Positions 10,792 to 22,424 are shown, counted from the stretch's first letter. The stretch: DNA of 40,142 nt from Octopus bimaculoides (GCF_001194135.2 NC_068983.1:114131956-114172097); one strand, 5' to 3'. Numbers and translations: made by a program. The notes: generated by a model from the letters alone, not told the origin.

Positions 10792-11457
10792 CTTGCTTAT
10801 GAAATCCACTGAGTGTGAGAAGAAATGGAGACAGCAGAATCAGTCGGATATCAGACAAATTGCTTTATGTTATTTAATCATGTCCCAGAGGTCACTTCAC
10901 TCTTTGTCTTTCTGAGGTCAGCAAAATATGTACCAGTACAAGTATTACTGTAGATTTTTAACTGACTATAAACCACCTCTTGAAATTGCACTTATGCTAG
11001 TGCAGTGGCATTAGTAATAGCATAAAGTATCAGCCAAAATGCTTTCTTTGCAGCATTTACAGCTACTTTCAATTCTGAACAGATTATTGCCTGAGTACAA
11101 GTAATTCACTGGGATTGAGTTCAAATTTACAATATTTCTCCTTTACATTTGTGGCACACAGCCAAAATTAGAAACCACCACCACCACCACCACCACCACC
11201 AGCTGCTGCTGCTGCTGCTGTATTATTTACTATATTATTGCATTATCATTATATTTGTGCACTGTGCACAAAATATAAAATTTATTCATCATATGCTATG
11301 TTATTAATATATTATTATATATTATTCCTTTAGATTAGAACAATGCTAATTATTCTAAGGCAGTGGTGTACCTAAAAGGGAAGCAGGAAGAGCAACTACT
11401 CTCCTGAATTCATTAGTAAAAAGTGATGCCTTTTTAATTCATTAATACCTTTGCGTA

Positions 11458-11839
11458 GGAGGCGCAATAGCCCAGTGGTTAGGGCAGCAGACTCGCGGTC
11501 ATAGGATCGTGGTTTCGATTCCCAGACCGGGCGTTGTGAGTGTTTATTGAGCGAAAACACCTAAAACTCCACGAGATTCCGGCAGGGGATGGTGGCGAAC
11601 CCTGCTGTACTCTTCCACTACGACTTTCTCTCACTCTTACTTCCTGTTTCTGTTGTGCCTGTAATTCAAAGGGTCAGCCTTGTCACATTGTGTCACGCTG
11701 AATATCCCCGAGAACTACATTAAGGGTACACGTGTCTGTGGAGTGCTCAGCCACTTGCACGTTAATTTCACGAGCAAGCTGTTCCGTTGATCGGATCAAC
11801 TGGAACCCTCGACATCGTAAGCGATGGAGTGCCAACAAC
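11458..11839 (+). mobile_element. SINE family B, full length, tRNA-derived head
   Basis: Head GGCGCAATAGCCCAGTGGTTAGGGCAGCAGACTCGCGG...GGTTTCGATTCCC with A and B boxes; (CAA) tail; TSD-like ACCTTTGC at 11447 and 11838. Confidence 0.93.
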
Positions 11840-12099
11840 CTTTGCATGATTAAAGTTGAATCAAATAATTTTTTTAGATGTATTTTTTCTTCACTTTACT
11901 GCATTGGCTTGAAAGAACTTTCTGGACTCATTTCTTTACTTGACCAACCTCCCAGTGTTTCAAACTGTATTCTCAGTTGCTTGTGTTTAATCAATGGCTG
12001 CTGGCATCTGGGGAATCAAAACAAACTGTCAAATGCCTCTTTGCTGCTGATGATCTCACAGTTTCATCTTTTTCGAGCCATGGTCACAACCACCAAATA

Positions 12100-12297
12100 C
12101 AAGTAAATTTTATCGGCGGGAGGGGCTAAGTCGATTATATCAACCTCAGTGATCAACTGGTACTTATTTCATCGACCCCAAAAGGATAAAAAGCTATGTT
12201 GACCTTGGAAGAATTTGAACTCAAAATGTAAAGATGGACAAAATACCACAAAGCATTTTCCCTGGTATGCTAACAATTCTGCCAGCTCCCCATCTCC
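12100..12297 (-). mobile_element. SINE family A
   Basis: Reverse complement of head (GCTAACAATTCTGCCAGCTC), B-box and central domain. Confidence 0.85.
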
Positions 12298-12919
12298 ATA
12301 ATAACACATATTAAAATGTGAAATTAATGAATGTGGAATGCAATTATTCATACTATAGTTAATGAAATATTTTATGTAATATGAGAGAAATGAGGATGTA
12401 TTTACATAATCTGTTCATTGATAACCAGAAGTGAAGGATGAATGAAGTATCATTGCTTCAAATGAAATTATTATAATATATTCTTGTTATGCACTAATAT
12501 GTCTATTGCAGCATATTATAACTGCTTCACAAATTTCTCATGCAACACTACTACCTCAGAAAATGCCTGATTAGAATTTACATTTGTCTAGTAGTTGTCT
12601 ACCAGCCATTATATATTGTGAAGACAGGTTTGAGTTGCTTTTGTATTTTATTATCTAAGTGCTATATTGTGTCTAAGTTTGCCAAGAAAAACCTAGCTGA
12701 TAATTGAGAACTAATTTGAAGTTTTAGCAGCCACATACATCATCAATAAAATTCAGATGTCATCCACAGTCAAACTAGAATTGAGCAAAAGTTCCTTTTT
12801 TTCAAAAACATATACAAAAAGATAATGAGCACAAACAGTAGCAGATAAAACCAATTGTCAAGCAAGTGATCCGTCACCAATCTAGTGTCATGATCCATTT
12901 TGATTAACCTGTCCACATT

Positions 12920-13123
12920 GTCACATTGTTCAAACTTTACTGATAACTGAGACAGTTGCAGAACAATCCTTCAGCTGGCTCAAGCACATAAAGTCATACT
13001 TCTATTCTATATTGGGGGATGATAGATTGTCTCAATTAGCTTCGCTCTTTTTGAAAATCTTGGTTACTTAAGGTGGATTATAATAAAGTAATGGATATCT
13101 TTGCAAGAATGAAACCTAGATAA
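12920..13123 (+). pseudogene. Fossil hAT transposase, C-terminal dimerization (hATC) region
   Basis: TVAEQSFSWLKHIKSYFYSILGDDRLSQLASL, then after a frameshift VDYNKVMDIFARMKPR*; matches the hATC pattern AERSFSxLKxIKxYLRSTMxxxRLxxLA...F. Confidence 0.72.
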
Positions 13124-13489
13124 GAGGCTGTTGAAGTTGTTGCAGATATTTTTCATATAACTTTGTTTTGTTGTCTTGGAAAAGTCATAATGCTAATAAT
13201 AATAACACATGCTCAAGTTCAATGCCACTTCTTTATTATTAGTAATTTGGTTAAATACCTAACCAACTAACTAATCAATCATTTGCTTAATATGTTGGTT
13301 AAACAACCAATTTGTTGTTTGTTTGTTAGTCAAAGTTCTTTCATCGGCGCTTGCAACCTTTTCAGTGACTCACTGACCTCCCTTCTCCCTCCAAGGTCTA
13401 CTTTGTTTTATTTTCATTTCAAATTTTAAATGTTAAATGAATTGCACACCTGTTATACATATATTTTTTTTTCTTTCAAAAAGGATACC

Positions 13490-13812
13490 CATGCTGGTGG
13501 CACGTAAAAAGCACCATCTGAATGTGGCCGATGCCAGCAATGCCTTGACTGGCTTCTGTGCCAGTGGCATGTAAAAGGCACCAACCGATCATGACTGTTG
13601 CCAGCCTCCTCTGGCCCCTGTGCCGGTGACATGTAAAAAGCATCCACTACACTCACGGAGTGGTTGGCGTTAGGAAGGGCATCCAGTTGTAGAAACATTG
13701 CCAGATCAGACTGGAGCCTGGTGCAGCCTCCTGGCCTCCCAAACCCCGGTCGAACCGTCCAATCCATGCTAGAATGGAAAACGGATGTTAAACGATGATG
13801 ATGATTATGATG
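13490..13812 (+). mobile_element. RTE 3' UTR fragment (5'-truncated copy)
   Basis: Repeated GGCACGTAAAAAGCACC-like motif, GGTTGGCGTTAGGAAGGGCATCCAG, tail GGATGTTAAACGATGATG; same sequence as the 3' UTR of the RTE at 18221-20046. Confidence 0.88.
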
Positions 13813-14039
13813 AATATGCATCTATGACTTTACTACAACAAACATCATTTTTTTTGTTTTGATTTTAAATGCAAAATAACAGTTTTGTACTTCCTTAAAA
13901 AGAATTGTAATGTGCTTTAATATGAAATACAAAAGAAAACTGTTGAATGAATTACAAATTATTTGGTATGCTTGTTTATGTGTTCATTCCCTTTAATTTT
14001 AGAACTTGACTGTGAGGTGTGCAGGCAGGGCTGTTGAAG

Positions 14040-14215
14040 TGTAGATGTGGCTGTGTGGTTGAGAAGTTTGTTTCTCAGCCTCACAGTGTCTTCTATGGGT
14101 CAACCCAAGCCTTGTGAGCTGATTTGACAGACAGAAACTGAGAGAAGCTTTGCATGTGTGTATGTGTTTTGATGTACATGCATGTGAGTATGTTTGTGTG
14201 TTTGTGTACACTTGT
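14040..14215 (+). mobile_element. Degraded SINE family C head
   Basis: GTGGCTGTGTGGTTGAGAAG...CAAGCCTTGTGAG...CAGAAACTGAGAGAAGC followed by (TG)n. Confidence 0.6.
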
Positions 14216-14850
14216 GCTTCTCTGAGAATCACTGAGCCACAAGTGATGATGTTTTTGTCATCTCTCCTGTCAGCAAATTGTCTGCAGGTTTTGTGTCTTC
14301 AAATGTGTAGCTTGTGGAATCAGAGTCTTTACTTGAAAAAAACCCCAAAAAAACAAAGAAAGATTGGGGCCAGGAGAAGCATACAGCTGTAAAACAATGC
14401 TTCAATAATATATTTGTCTAACCCTTTCTAGCATAAATAAGATCAGGTGTAAAAACGAACAAATAAATACAAATCAATATATCATTGATGCACACCATGT
14501 TAACTAAAATGGTTAAAAAGCGAAAATGATTCTGAAATGGTTAGAATGATTTGAATTCAGATGCTGGAGAGGATGAAACCAAATACTACGAGATTCTCTC
14601 TTTACTGGAACCTCTTAGCACTTTTTCTTTTTAATTTGATGCACTGGTCCTTTTTACTGTCTCTCAAATTCTAAAATTTCCTCTTTGTTTACCTCACACA
14701 CCTCACTCAAAGTCCTCACGAACTGACTACATTTCCCTTCCTATCTGTGTCTATCAGCCATCCCTTTCACCTCTAATGACACTACTCCTATACTTCATTT
14801 CGATTCCTCATTTAGTCAACTCTGTGTGTGTGTGTGTGTGTGTGTGTATA

Positions 14851-14913
<63 letters not shown>

Positions 14914-14915
<2 letters not shown>

Positions 14916-15077
14916 ATGGGCATCTTTCAGTTTCCGTCTACCGAATCCACTCACAAAGATTTGGTTGGCCCGAGGCTATAGTAGAAGACATTTGCCCAAG
15001 GTGCCATGCAGTGGGACTGAACCTGAAATGATGTGGTTGGTAAACAAGCTTCTTACCACACAGCCACTCCTGCACCA
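14914..15077 (-). mobile_element. SINE family C head with a (TA)n/(TG)n tract
   Basis: Reverse complement of AGGAGTGGCTGTGTGGTAAG...ACCTTGGGCAAATGTCTTCTACTATAGCC. Confidence 0.88.
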
Positions 15078-15343
15078 TATATATGTATATACATAGTCAT
15101 GTTAATGTATGTCCATTGGCATATCTTCGTTTTTTTAAGAGTACACTCTCACACACACTTAAACACATTTTTGTACATAGATATTACCACATCTATATAA
15201 ATGTATGAAAATAGGAATATATATGTATAGAATTGTGTGTGGATATGCAACCATATAAGTACAAATAGATAAATCAAACACAAGAATGTTAAGTAAAAGA
15301 GTAGGCAGCAAGTACAATTACACAATATGATATTGAAACAATG

Positions 15344-15712
15344 TAGGTGCTGGCATGGCTGTGTGCTAAGAAGCCTGCTTCCCCACCACATGGTTCTGCA
15401 TGGTACCTTGGATAAATGTCTCCTACTATAGTCTTGGGCCGACCAAAGGTTTGTAAGTGGGTTTGGTTGAATGAAAAACTGAAAGAAGCCTGTCGTATAT
15501 ATGTGCGTGTGTTTGTGCATGTATGTGTGTATTTGTGCGTGTGTGTGTGTGTGTTTACATCCCCATAACTTAGCAGTTTAGCAAAAGAGACCAACAGAAT
15601 AAGTACTAGGCTTAAGAAATATGTCCTGAGGTCAGTTTGTTTGACTTAAAACACTTCTAGGTTGTGCTCCAGCATGGCCACAGTCAAATGATTGAAACCA
15701 GTAAAACAATAA

Positions 15713-15716
<4 letters not shown>
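15344..15716 (+). mobile_element. SINE family C, full length, diverged
   Basis: Head, internal (TG)n, 3' GCTCCAGCATGGCCACAGTCAAATGATTGAAACCAGTAAAA. Confidence 0.85.
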
Positions 15717-15752
<36 letters not shown>

Positions 15753-15753
15753 A

Positions 15754-15898
15754 CAGGGTATCAAGAGATACCACCACACTGAAAAAATAGCAGTCAAATC
15801 CTGACTCTAAAACCACAATAAATGTCCACATGGCACGAGTAGCAAAGACGAAGACCAAATAAATCAGTAAAAATAATAAGATAATTCTTGATACCCTG
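15754..15898. mobile_element. 145-bp Tc1/mariner-type (Stowaway-like) MITE
   Basis: TA|CAGGGTATCAAGA ... TCTTGATACCCTG|TA; the perfect inverted repeat extends to 22 bp (15745-15766 and 15886-15907). Confidence 0.78.
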
Positions 15899-16000
15899 TA
15901 TTATAATTTTAAATAATTATTACCTTTGATGGTTTTTATCCCCATGCTGACCACTTGATAGGATCAATATTTTAAATATCGATCTTATCCTTATATATAT

Positions 16001-16506
16001 AGGAGTGGCTGTGTGGTAAGTAGCTTGCTTACCAACCACATGGTTCCGGGTTCAGTCCCACTGCGTGGCATCTTGGGCAAGTGTCTTCTACTATAGCCTC
16101 GGGCCGACCAAAGCCTTGTGAGTGGATTTGGTAGACGGAAACTGAAAGAAGCCCGTCGTATATATGTNNNNNNNNNNNNNNNNNNNNNNNNNNNNNNNNN
16201 NNNNNNNNNNNNNNNNNNNNNNNNNNNNNNNNNNNNNNNNNNNNNNNNNNNNNNNNNNNNNNNNNNNNNNNNNNNNNNNNNNNNNNNNNNNNNNNNNNNN
16301 NNNNNNNNNNNNNNNNNNNNNNNNNNATTGCTTGACAACCGGTGCTGGTGTGTTTAGGTCCCTGTAACATAGCGGTTCGGCAAAAAGACCGATGGAATAA
16401 GTACTAGGCTTACAAAGAATAAGTCCCGGGGTCGATTTGCTCGACTAAAGGTGGTGCTCCAGCATGGCCGCAGTCAAATAACTGAAACAAGTAAAAGAGT
16501 AAAAGA

Positions 16507-16508
<2 letters not shown>
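16001..16508 (+). mobile_element. SINE family C, little diverged, with an assembly gap in its internal microsatellite
   Basis: AGGAGTGGCTGTGTGGTAAGTAGCTTGC...; tail GAAACAAGTAAAAGAGTAAAAGAG. Confidence 0.92.
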
Positions 16509-16544
<36 letters not shown>

Positions 16545-16680
16545 CTGGTCTTAGGAAGGGCTTCCAGTCGTAGAAACCATACCAAATCAGACTGGAGTCT
16601 GGTGCAGCCCATCAGCTTACCAACCCTGGTCAGACCGTCCAACCCATGCCAGCATGGACAATAGACATTAAATTATGATA
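16545..16680 (+). mobile_element. RTE 3' UTR fragment
   Basis: TAGGAAGGGCTTCCAG...CCGTCCAACCCATGCCAGCATGG. Confidence 0.85.
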
Positions 16681-16706
16681 AGGATAATGATGATATATAT
16701 ATATAG

Positions 16707-17772
16707 GTATGGTGGTGCAAGCAGGAGAAATAGAACTCAAAATATGAGTATATGCATAGTTTTATTAATACTTAGCAACAGAGTCACTCAAAGGTTGAGA
16801 GTTTCATGTATTGGCACATATCAAACTAGTTGGTACTTGCCAAACTATATATATCTATTAATGTTTGTTTTTATGCTCATTTATAATGAAAAATCATTTT
16901 ACATTAATCTGATGGGCTACTCTATCCTTTTGTAGCATACTAATTTATTATTCTCATACAAGAATGCTGTTGATAGCCACTTTGAAGTTTTGGCCAGTTA
17001 AGCAATCATCAGGCTGCAGTGCATTAGAGTTAGTTTTACCTTTATATAGTCTCTGTTGAGTTGAAATCTTCCTTGAGTGTGTGGGTTTGATTAGGGTGAC
17101 AGTAAGGTCTTTATGGTTGGTTGTTATGGAAGGGTGTTTCGGAAAAATTTTAATTGATTAAATTTTAGGTTATGGTGTTGTTTGTAATTTATTCCTGCAA
17201 GTAGAACTTTGTAAATATACCTGTAAGTGTTTCTCTTTTGTTAAGTAGACACAAGGTGTGACCGTATTTTTGTTGCTTTTGGTATTATTGGATCTAATCC
17301 TTTTACTTTGAATGTGAAGGTCAAAGGTACAAATTCCAGGATTTAAGTCCTTAGGGATTAGGCATGTCAACTTCTTTTTTCACAGAAGAATGTAGGTAGG
17401 TGGCAAGTTTAGGCTGGTCATTTCTTTACTTGTTTTTGTCAGTTTGGGTATTTCCTATTTTCATTTGTAAGGTGGGGGTCATTAGTTAAACATGTCATGG
17501 CATTGTTAGTATAGAAAGTTGTTTCGCTTGTGCTTTCATGTTCACATACTTTTGTGAATAGCAAAACACAAGAGAAACAACTTTGTCACCAAATATAATT
17601 ATCACCAGCTATATAAACTCACAGCTCTTCGTCTTGTAACTAGTTAGATAAGTGCCAATGCACAAAACTCTCAGATCTCGAGTCACTCTGTTATTTATGC
17701 TAAATATTAATAGAAATATACACATACTCATAATTTGAGTTCTATTTTCCCTCTTTGCATCATCACACCATC
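16707..17772. mobile_element. Probable Penelope-like relic bounded by inverted, diverged arms of about 135 bp that contain eroded hammerhead motifs
   Basis: 16707-16840 aligns to the reverse complement of 17630-17772 (the ORF track shows matching peptides NRTQ.MS.C...RVT..LRV.CIGTY); hammerhead remnants at 16795-16830, 17640-17674 and 16981-17012. Confidence 0.55.
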
Positions 17773-17774
17773 TA

Positions 17775-18186
17775 GGCACAGGTGTGGATGTGTGGTAAAA
17801 AGCTTGCTTCCCAACCACATGGTTTCAGGTTCACTGTATGTCCCACTGTATGGTACCTTGGGCAGGTGCCTTCTACTATAGCTTCAGGCCGACCAAAGCA
17901 TTGTGAGTGGGTTTGGAAGACAGAAACAGAAAGAAACCTGTCGTATATATCCATGTGTATATATCTATGTGCGTCTTTGTGCCTGTGTTTGTTACCCTGC
18001 CATTGCTTGACAACTGATGCTGGTGTGTTTATGTCCCTGTAACTTAGCAGTTCAGCAAAACAGACTGATAGAATAAGTACTAAGCTTACAAAGAATAAGT
18101 CCTGGGGTCGATTTCTTTGGCTAAAAATCCTTTAAGGTGGTGCTCCAGTATGGCCACAGTCAAATGACTGAAACAAGTAAAAGAAT
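17775..18186 (+). mobile_element. SINE family C, full length
   Basis: Same head, internal and tail modules as 16001-16508. Confidence 0.9.
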
Positions 18187-18220
18187 ACCAATGTATATAT
18201 ATATATACACACATATATAT

Positions 18221-20046
18221 CATCATCATCATCATCATCATCATCACCATCGTTTAACATCTGTTTTCCATGCTGGCATGGGTTGGATGGTTTGACTGAG
18301 GTCTGAAGAGCCAGCGGCTGCACCAAGGTCCAAGACAATGTTTCTACAGCTGGATGCCCTTCCTAATGCCAACCAGTCCGAGACTGGAGTGGATGCTTTT
18401 AATGTGCCACTGGCACAAGAGCCATTCAGTGGGTACTGGCATCGGCCATGTTCAGTTGGTGCTTTTTATATGCCACCATTATGGGAACCAGTCATGCGGA
18501 CCTGGTATTGACACGTTCGGATGGTGCTTTTTACATGCCACTGGCACGGGAGCCAGTCTCGGGGTACTGGCATCGACCACATTCGGATGGTGCATTTTAC
18601 ATGTCACCGGCATGGAAGCCAATCAGGAGGAACTGACCACAGCTACGATATTGGTTTTAATTGACTCAACAGGTCTTCTCAAGCATATCATATCACCTGA
18701 CGCATCAGGGATATTCTTACCTGGGTTGGACATGCGTGGCTGCACTCTCACTTTAGTTGTCGGGTCTTCTCAATCACAGCATATCTCCAAAGATCCCAGT
18801 CTCCTGTCATTGCCTCTGTGAGGCCCAATGTTCGAAGATCATGCTTCACCACTTCATCCCATGTCTTTCTGGGTCTACCTCTTCCACAGGTTCCTTCTAC
18901 AGTTAGGGAGTGGCACTTCCTCACACAGCTGTCTTCATTCGTACATAACACATTACCATACCAGTGCAGACGCCCCTCTTGCACACCACATTTGATGCTT
19001 CTTATGCTCAACTTTTCTCTCAGGGCACTTACACTGTGTTGTGTATGCACACTGACATTACACAACCAGCGGATCATACTAGCTTAATTTCTTTCAAGCC
19101 TACGCATGTCCTCAGCATTCATGGCCCATGTTTCACAGCTGTGTAGCATGGCAGTTCGCACATATGCATCATACAGTCTACCTTTCACCCTGAGCGAAAG
19201 GCCCTTAGTTGCCAGCAGAGATAGGAGCTCCCTGAACTTTGCCCAGGCTATTTTCACTCTAGTCACTACACTCTCAGAGCAACCACCCCCACTACAGACT
19301 TGGTCACCTAGGTAGCAGAAGCTATTAACTACTTATAGTTTCTCCCCTTAGCATGTGATGGAATCTGTTTTCTGTAAATCTTCAGTGTTTCTTGCCCCAA
19401 TGCATCTGCTACACACAAAAACTATTTTCCCGGTTAACCTTCCTTTGATACTGCAGCACCTTTTATGTGTCCATAGCTTACACTGGGTACATCGTATGGA
19501 GTTTCTACCCACTTTCTACAGATGAAGCAGGTCATCTACCTGAAGGGGTTTGTGATTTGACAGCCTTCCTACTAACTAAGACTTAAGTTTTTGCTAGGTT
19601 AACCCTAAGGCCCCACCTAACTTCCACACCCTAAACTTCGTCTCTAGTTCTGGCAGTGACTCAGCTATTAGAGCAAGGTCATCAGCATAGAGGAGCTCCC
19701 AGGAGCAGCCTGTCTTGAATTCCTCTGTTATTGCCTGGAGGACTATAATGAACAAGAGAGCGCTGAGGATTGATCCTTGGTGAACCCCTACTTCTACTCG
19801 AATTCTTCACTTTACTCATTGCCAACCCTCACCTTACTGACAGCATCCTTGTACAGCTCTTACCAGCCACTCATCTATCCCTAGTTTTCACACTGATCAC
19901 CAGATAAGAGATCAGGTGACCCTGTCGAAGGCTTTCGCCAAGTCAACAAAAGCCAAGTACAGAGGTTTAGCTTTGGCTAGGTATTTCTCCTGCAGTTGCC
20001 TTACCAGAAATATAGCATCAGAGGTGCTTCTGCCTGGCACAAAACC
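18221..20046 (-). mobile_element. 5'-truncated RTE LINE, about 1.8 kb (RT domain, C-terminus, 3' UTR, (GAT)n tail)
   Basis: LYLAFVDLAKAFDRV (about 19920-19965); HQGSILSALLFIIVLQAITEEFKTGCSWELLYADDL (YADD at 19678-19689); RVKIAWAKFRELL; RLHWYGNV..GRGRPRKTW; decayed by stops and frameshifts. Confidence 0.95.
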
Positions 20047-20060
20047 AAGGCTATAGTAGA

Positions 20061-20627
20061 AGATATCTCAAGAACAACTGGATGAATTTGGATGAAAATT
20101 TTAGGAATGTTTGGCCTTGTGACTGGCACAAACTGCTTAATTTGGGGATTGATCTAGTGCCAGACAAGGATTCTGGATTCATCATCATCATCATCATCAT
20201 CATCGTTTAGTGTCCGCTTTCCATGCTAGCATGGGTTGGACGATTTTACTGAGGACTGGTGAACCAGATGGCTACACCAGGCTCCAATCTGATTTGGCAG
20301 AGTTTCTACAGCTGGATGCCCTTCCTAATGCCAACCACTCCGAGAGTTTAGTGAGTGCTTTTACGTGCCACCGGCACGACGGTCAGTCAGGCGGTACTGG
20401 CAACGGCCATGCTCAAAATGGTGTATTTTATGTGCCACCTGCACAGGAGCCAGTCCAGCGGCACTTCCCATTTTTTTACTTAATTTTTCAAAGCGGCTAG
20501 GTTCATTTTGTGAGAGCAGCTGAGTTTATTTCAGATATTCTCATTTTAAAAATCATCTTTGATTAATTGTTGAGAGGATGTTGGTGTTGCCTTGACAAAG
20601 GTTTGTGCTCTCTGAGTGCTCTTGTTA
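20061..20627 (+). mobile_element. Helentron-associated (HINE/DINE-like) non-autonomous element lacking its 5' end, interrupted by an RTE tail
   Basis: AAGATATCTCAAGAAC...GGATTCTGGATT matches 33100-33225; 3' end GCCTTGACAAAGGTTTGTGCTCTCTGAGTGCTCTTGTT has an eroded subTIR, a stem-loop and a TT. Confidence 0.6.
20180..20464 (-). mobile_element. RTE 3' UTR fragment nested in the HINE-like element
   Basis: (CAT)n CGTTTAGTGTCCGCTTTCCATGCTAGCATGGGTTGGACG...CTGGATGCCCTTCCTAATGCCAACC. Confidence 0.9.
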
Positions 20628-20665
20628 TTATTATTATTATCTAAGGTGTAAAAGAATGTTCATAT

Positions 20666-21051
20666 GTTGTTGGCACTCCGTCGCTTACGACGTTGAGGGT
20701 TCCAGTTGATCCGATCAACGGAACAGCCTGCTCATGAAATTAACGTGCAAGTGGCTGAACACTCCACAGACACATGTACACTTAACGTAGTTCTCGGGGA
20801 TATTCAGCGTGACATAGTGTGACAAGGCTGACCCTTTGAATTACAGGCACAACAGAAACAGGAAGTAAGAGTGAGAGAAAGTTGTGGTGGAAGAGTACAG
20901 CAGGGTTCGCCACCATCCCCTGCTGGAGCCTCGTGGAGCTTTTTAGGTGTTTTCGCTCAATAAACACTCACAATGCCCGGTCTGGGAATCGAAACCGCGA
21001 TCCTATGACCGCGAGTCCGCTTCCCTAACCACTGGGCCATTGCGCCTCCAC
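20666..21051 (-). mobile_element. SINE family B, full length, with an 11-bp TSD
   Basis: Near-identical reverse complement of 11458-11839; AATGTTCATAT at 20655-20665 and 21052-21062. Confidence 0.95.
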
Positions 21052-21299
21052 AATGTTCATATAATTACATATTAAAAGAACATATTCAGGCAAGTAAGTG
21101 CATATTGCTTTAGGTGTAGACTTCCTCTGAGTTGCACTTGCTTTTAATAACCAGAATACTTATTACACATGAGCTGGTGTAGATTGCAAGCAGAGAAAGT
21201 TGGGAACACTTTTATAAGCTGGAGGGCAGGGAAGGTTCTGTTAAGACTGACTACATGTAGGTAATTACATTCAGGCCATCATATCAGCTGGCTAGCTGC

Positions 21300-21912
21300 A
21301 CTACCATCTCCATCTCTGTCACTGCCACTGCCACCATAGATTGCTTGTCATCACCACCACCATCATCATCATCACCACTACCACCATCATTATTAACTGT
21401 CACAATCAACCTAATCTAACTACTACTGCCACCAACATCATCATCATCATATTCACAATTTAATCTTCCCACTATCTCCATCATCATCACTACTACAACC
21501 TAAACCACCTCTGCTGTGACTACCATCATCATTGTCATCAGTATCAGCATTGTTATCAGCATCGCTACCACAACCTAAGCCACCACCACCACCACCACCA
21601 CCACCACCACCACTATCGTCGTCGTCATTGTCATCACTACCACAACTTAAACCAACACTGCCTTCTATCAGTCCCACCACCACCACCACCGTTAAGAGAC
21701 CAGGAAAGATAATAAACATCAGAATTTACCTAAAGTAAAATGGAACAAATTCTATTTTATTCTCCACAGAATATAATCTCAATCCTAAGGAAGAAATAAT
21801 TATTTTGCTTAACCCGAAAGGAACCAGATCAGCAGTGGAAGATTGAAAATACCTGTTTTGTCGAATATTATTTGCATATTGCATTAAATCTCCAGTATAT
21901 TACTGATAACTA

Positions 21913-21943
<31 letters not shown>

Positions 21944-21992
21944 GTCGTCGTCGTCATCATCATCGTCATCGTCGTCGTCATCATTATCATCG

Positions 21993-22028
<36 letters not shown>

Positions 22029-22050
22029 ACACCACCACCACCATCATTGT
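21300..22050. repeat. Low-complexity (CAC/CAT/CGT)n trinucleotide region
   Basis: Degenerate trinucleotide tracts; produces the Pro/Ser-rich and poly-Ile ORFs. Confidence 0.85.
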
Positions 22051-22188
22051 TTAGCATCCATTTTCATGATGGAATGAGGTGGGTGGTTCTACCACGAAGC
22101 ATTTCACCCAGCGTGCTAACGTTTCTGCCAGTTTGCTGCCTTACTGAAGTAGACAAATATTAAGATTTCTATACTACCTATGGAATAT

Positions 22189-22416
22189 TTATCCTTTACC
22201 ATTCAGATTATTCTATCTTACGTAATGCTTATTTATTCACATCATTTTGAATTAATCAGGTATTATCTTTTAGCCTTGAGATTTCAATTATGTGGCTGTA
22301 TATATTTTAGACCAACATTGTAGGGTAGGTGTGAAAGGCTGGATCTAGTTAGTTTGAACAAAAAACAGGAAGAATATTTTGGCTGGATAAGGCCAGTTTA
22401 AATGCTAATGGGTTAA
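22189..22416. mobile_element. About 228-bp TTAA-ended MITE, copy 2
   Basis: TTATCCTTTACCATT ... AATGCTAATGGGTTAA; internally colinear with 3856-4083. Confidence 0.7.
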
Positions 22417-22424
22417 AAGGATAC

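Noticed and set aside
11461-11533. tRNA-Arg-like gene (also at about 20975-21049 and 29390-29462)
   Set aside because: The acceptor stem does not pair and each copy continues into about 310 bp of shared body with TSDs, so these are SINE heads, not tRNA genes.
21453-21738. Gly/Asp-rich and Pro/Ser-rich ORFs as real proteins
   Set aside because: Both are explained by degenerate (CAC/CAT)n tracts; only the recurring motif and the nearby acceptor were kept, as a low-interest finding.
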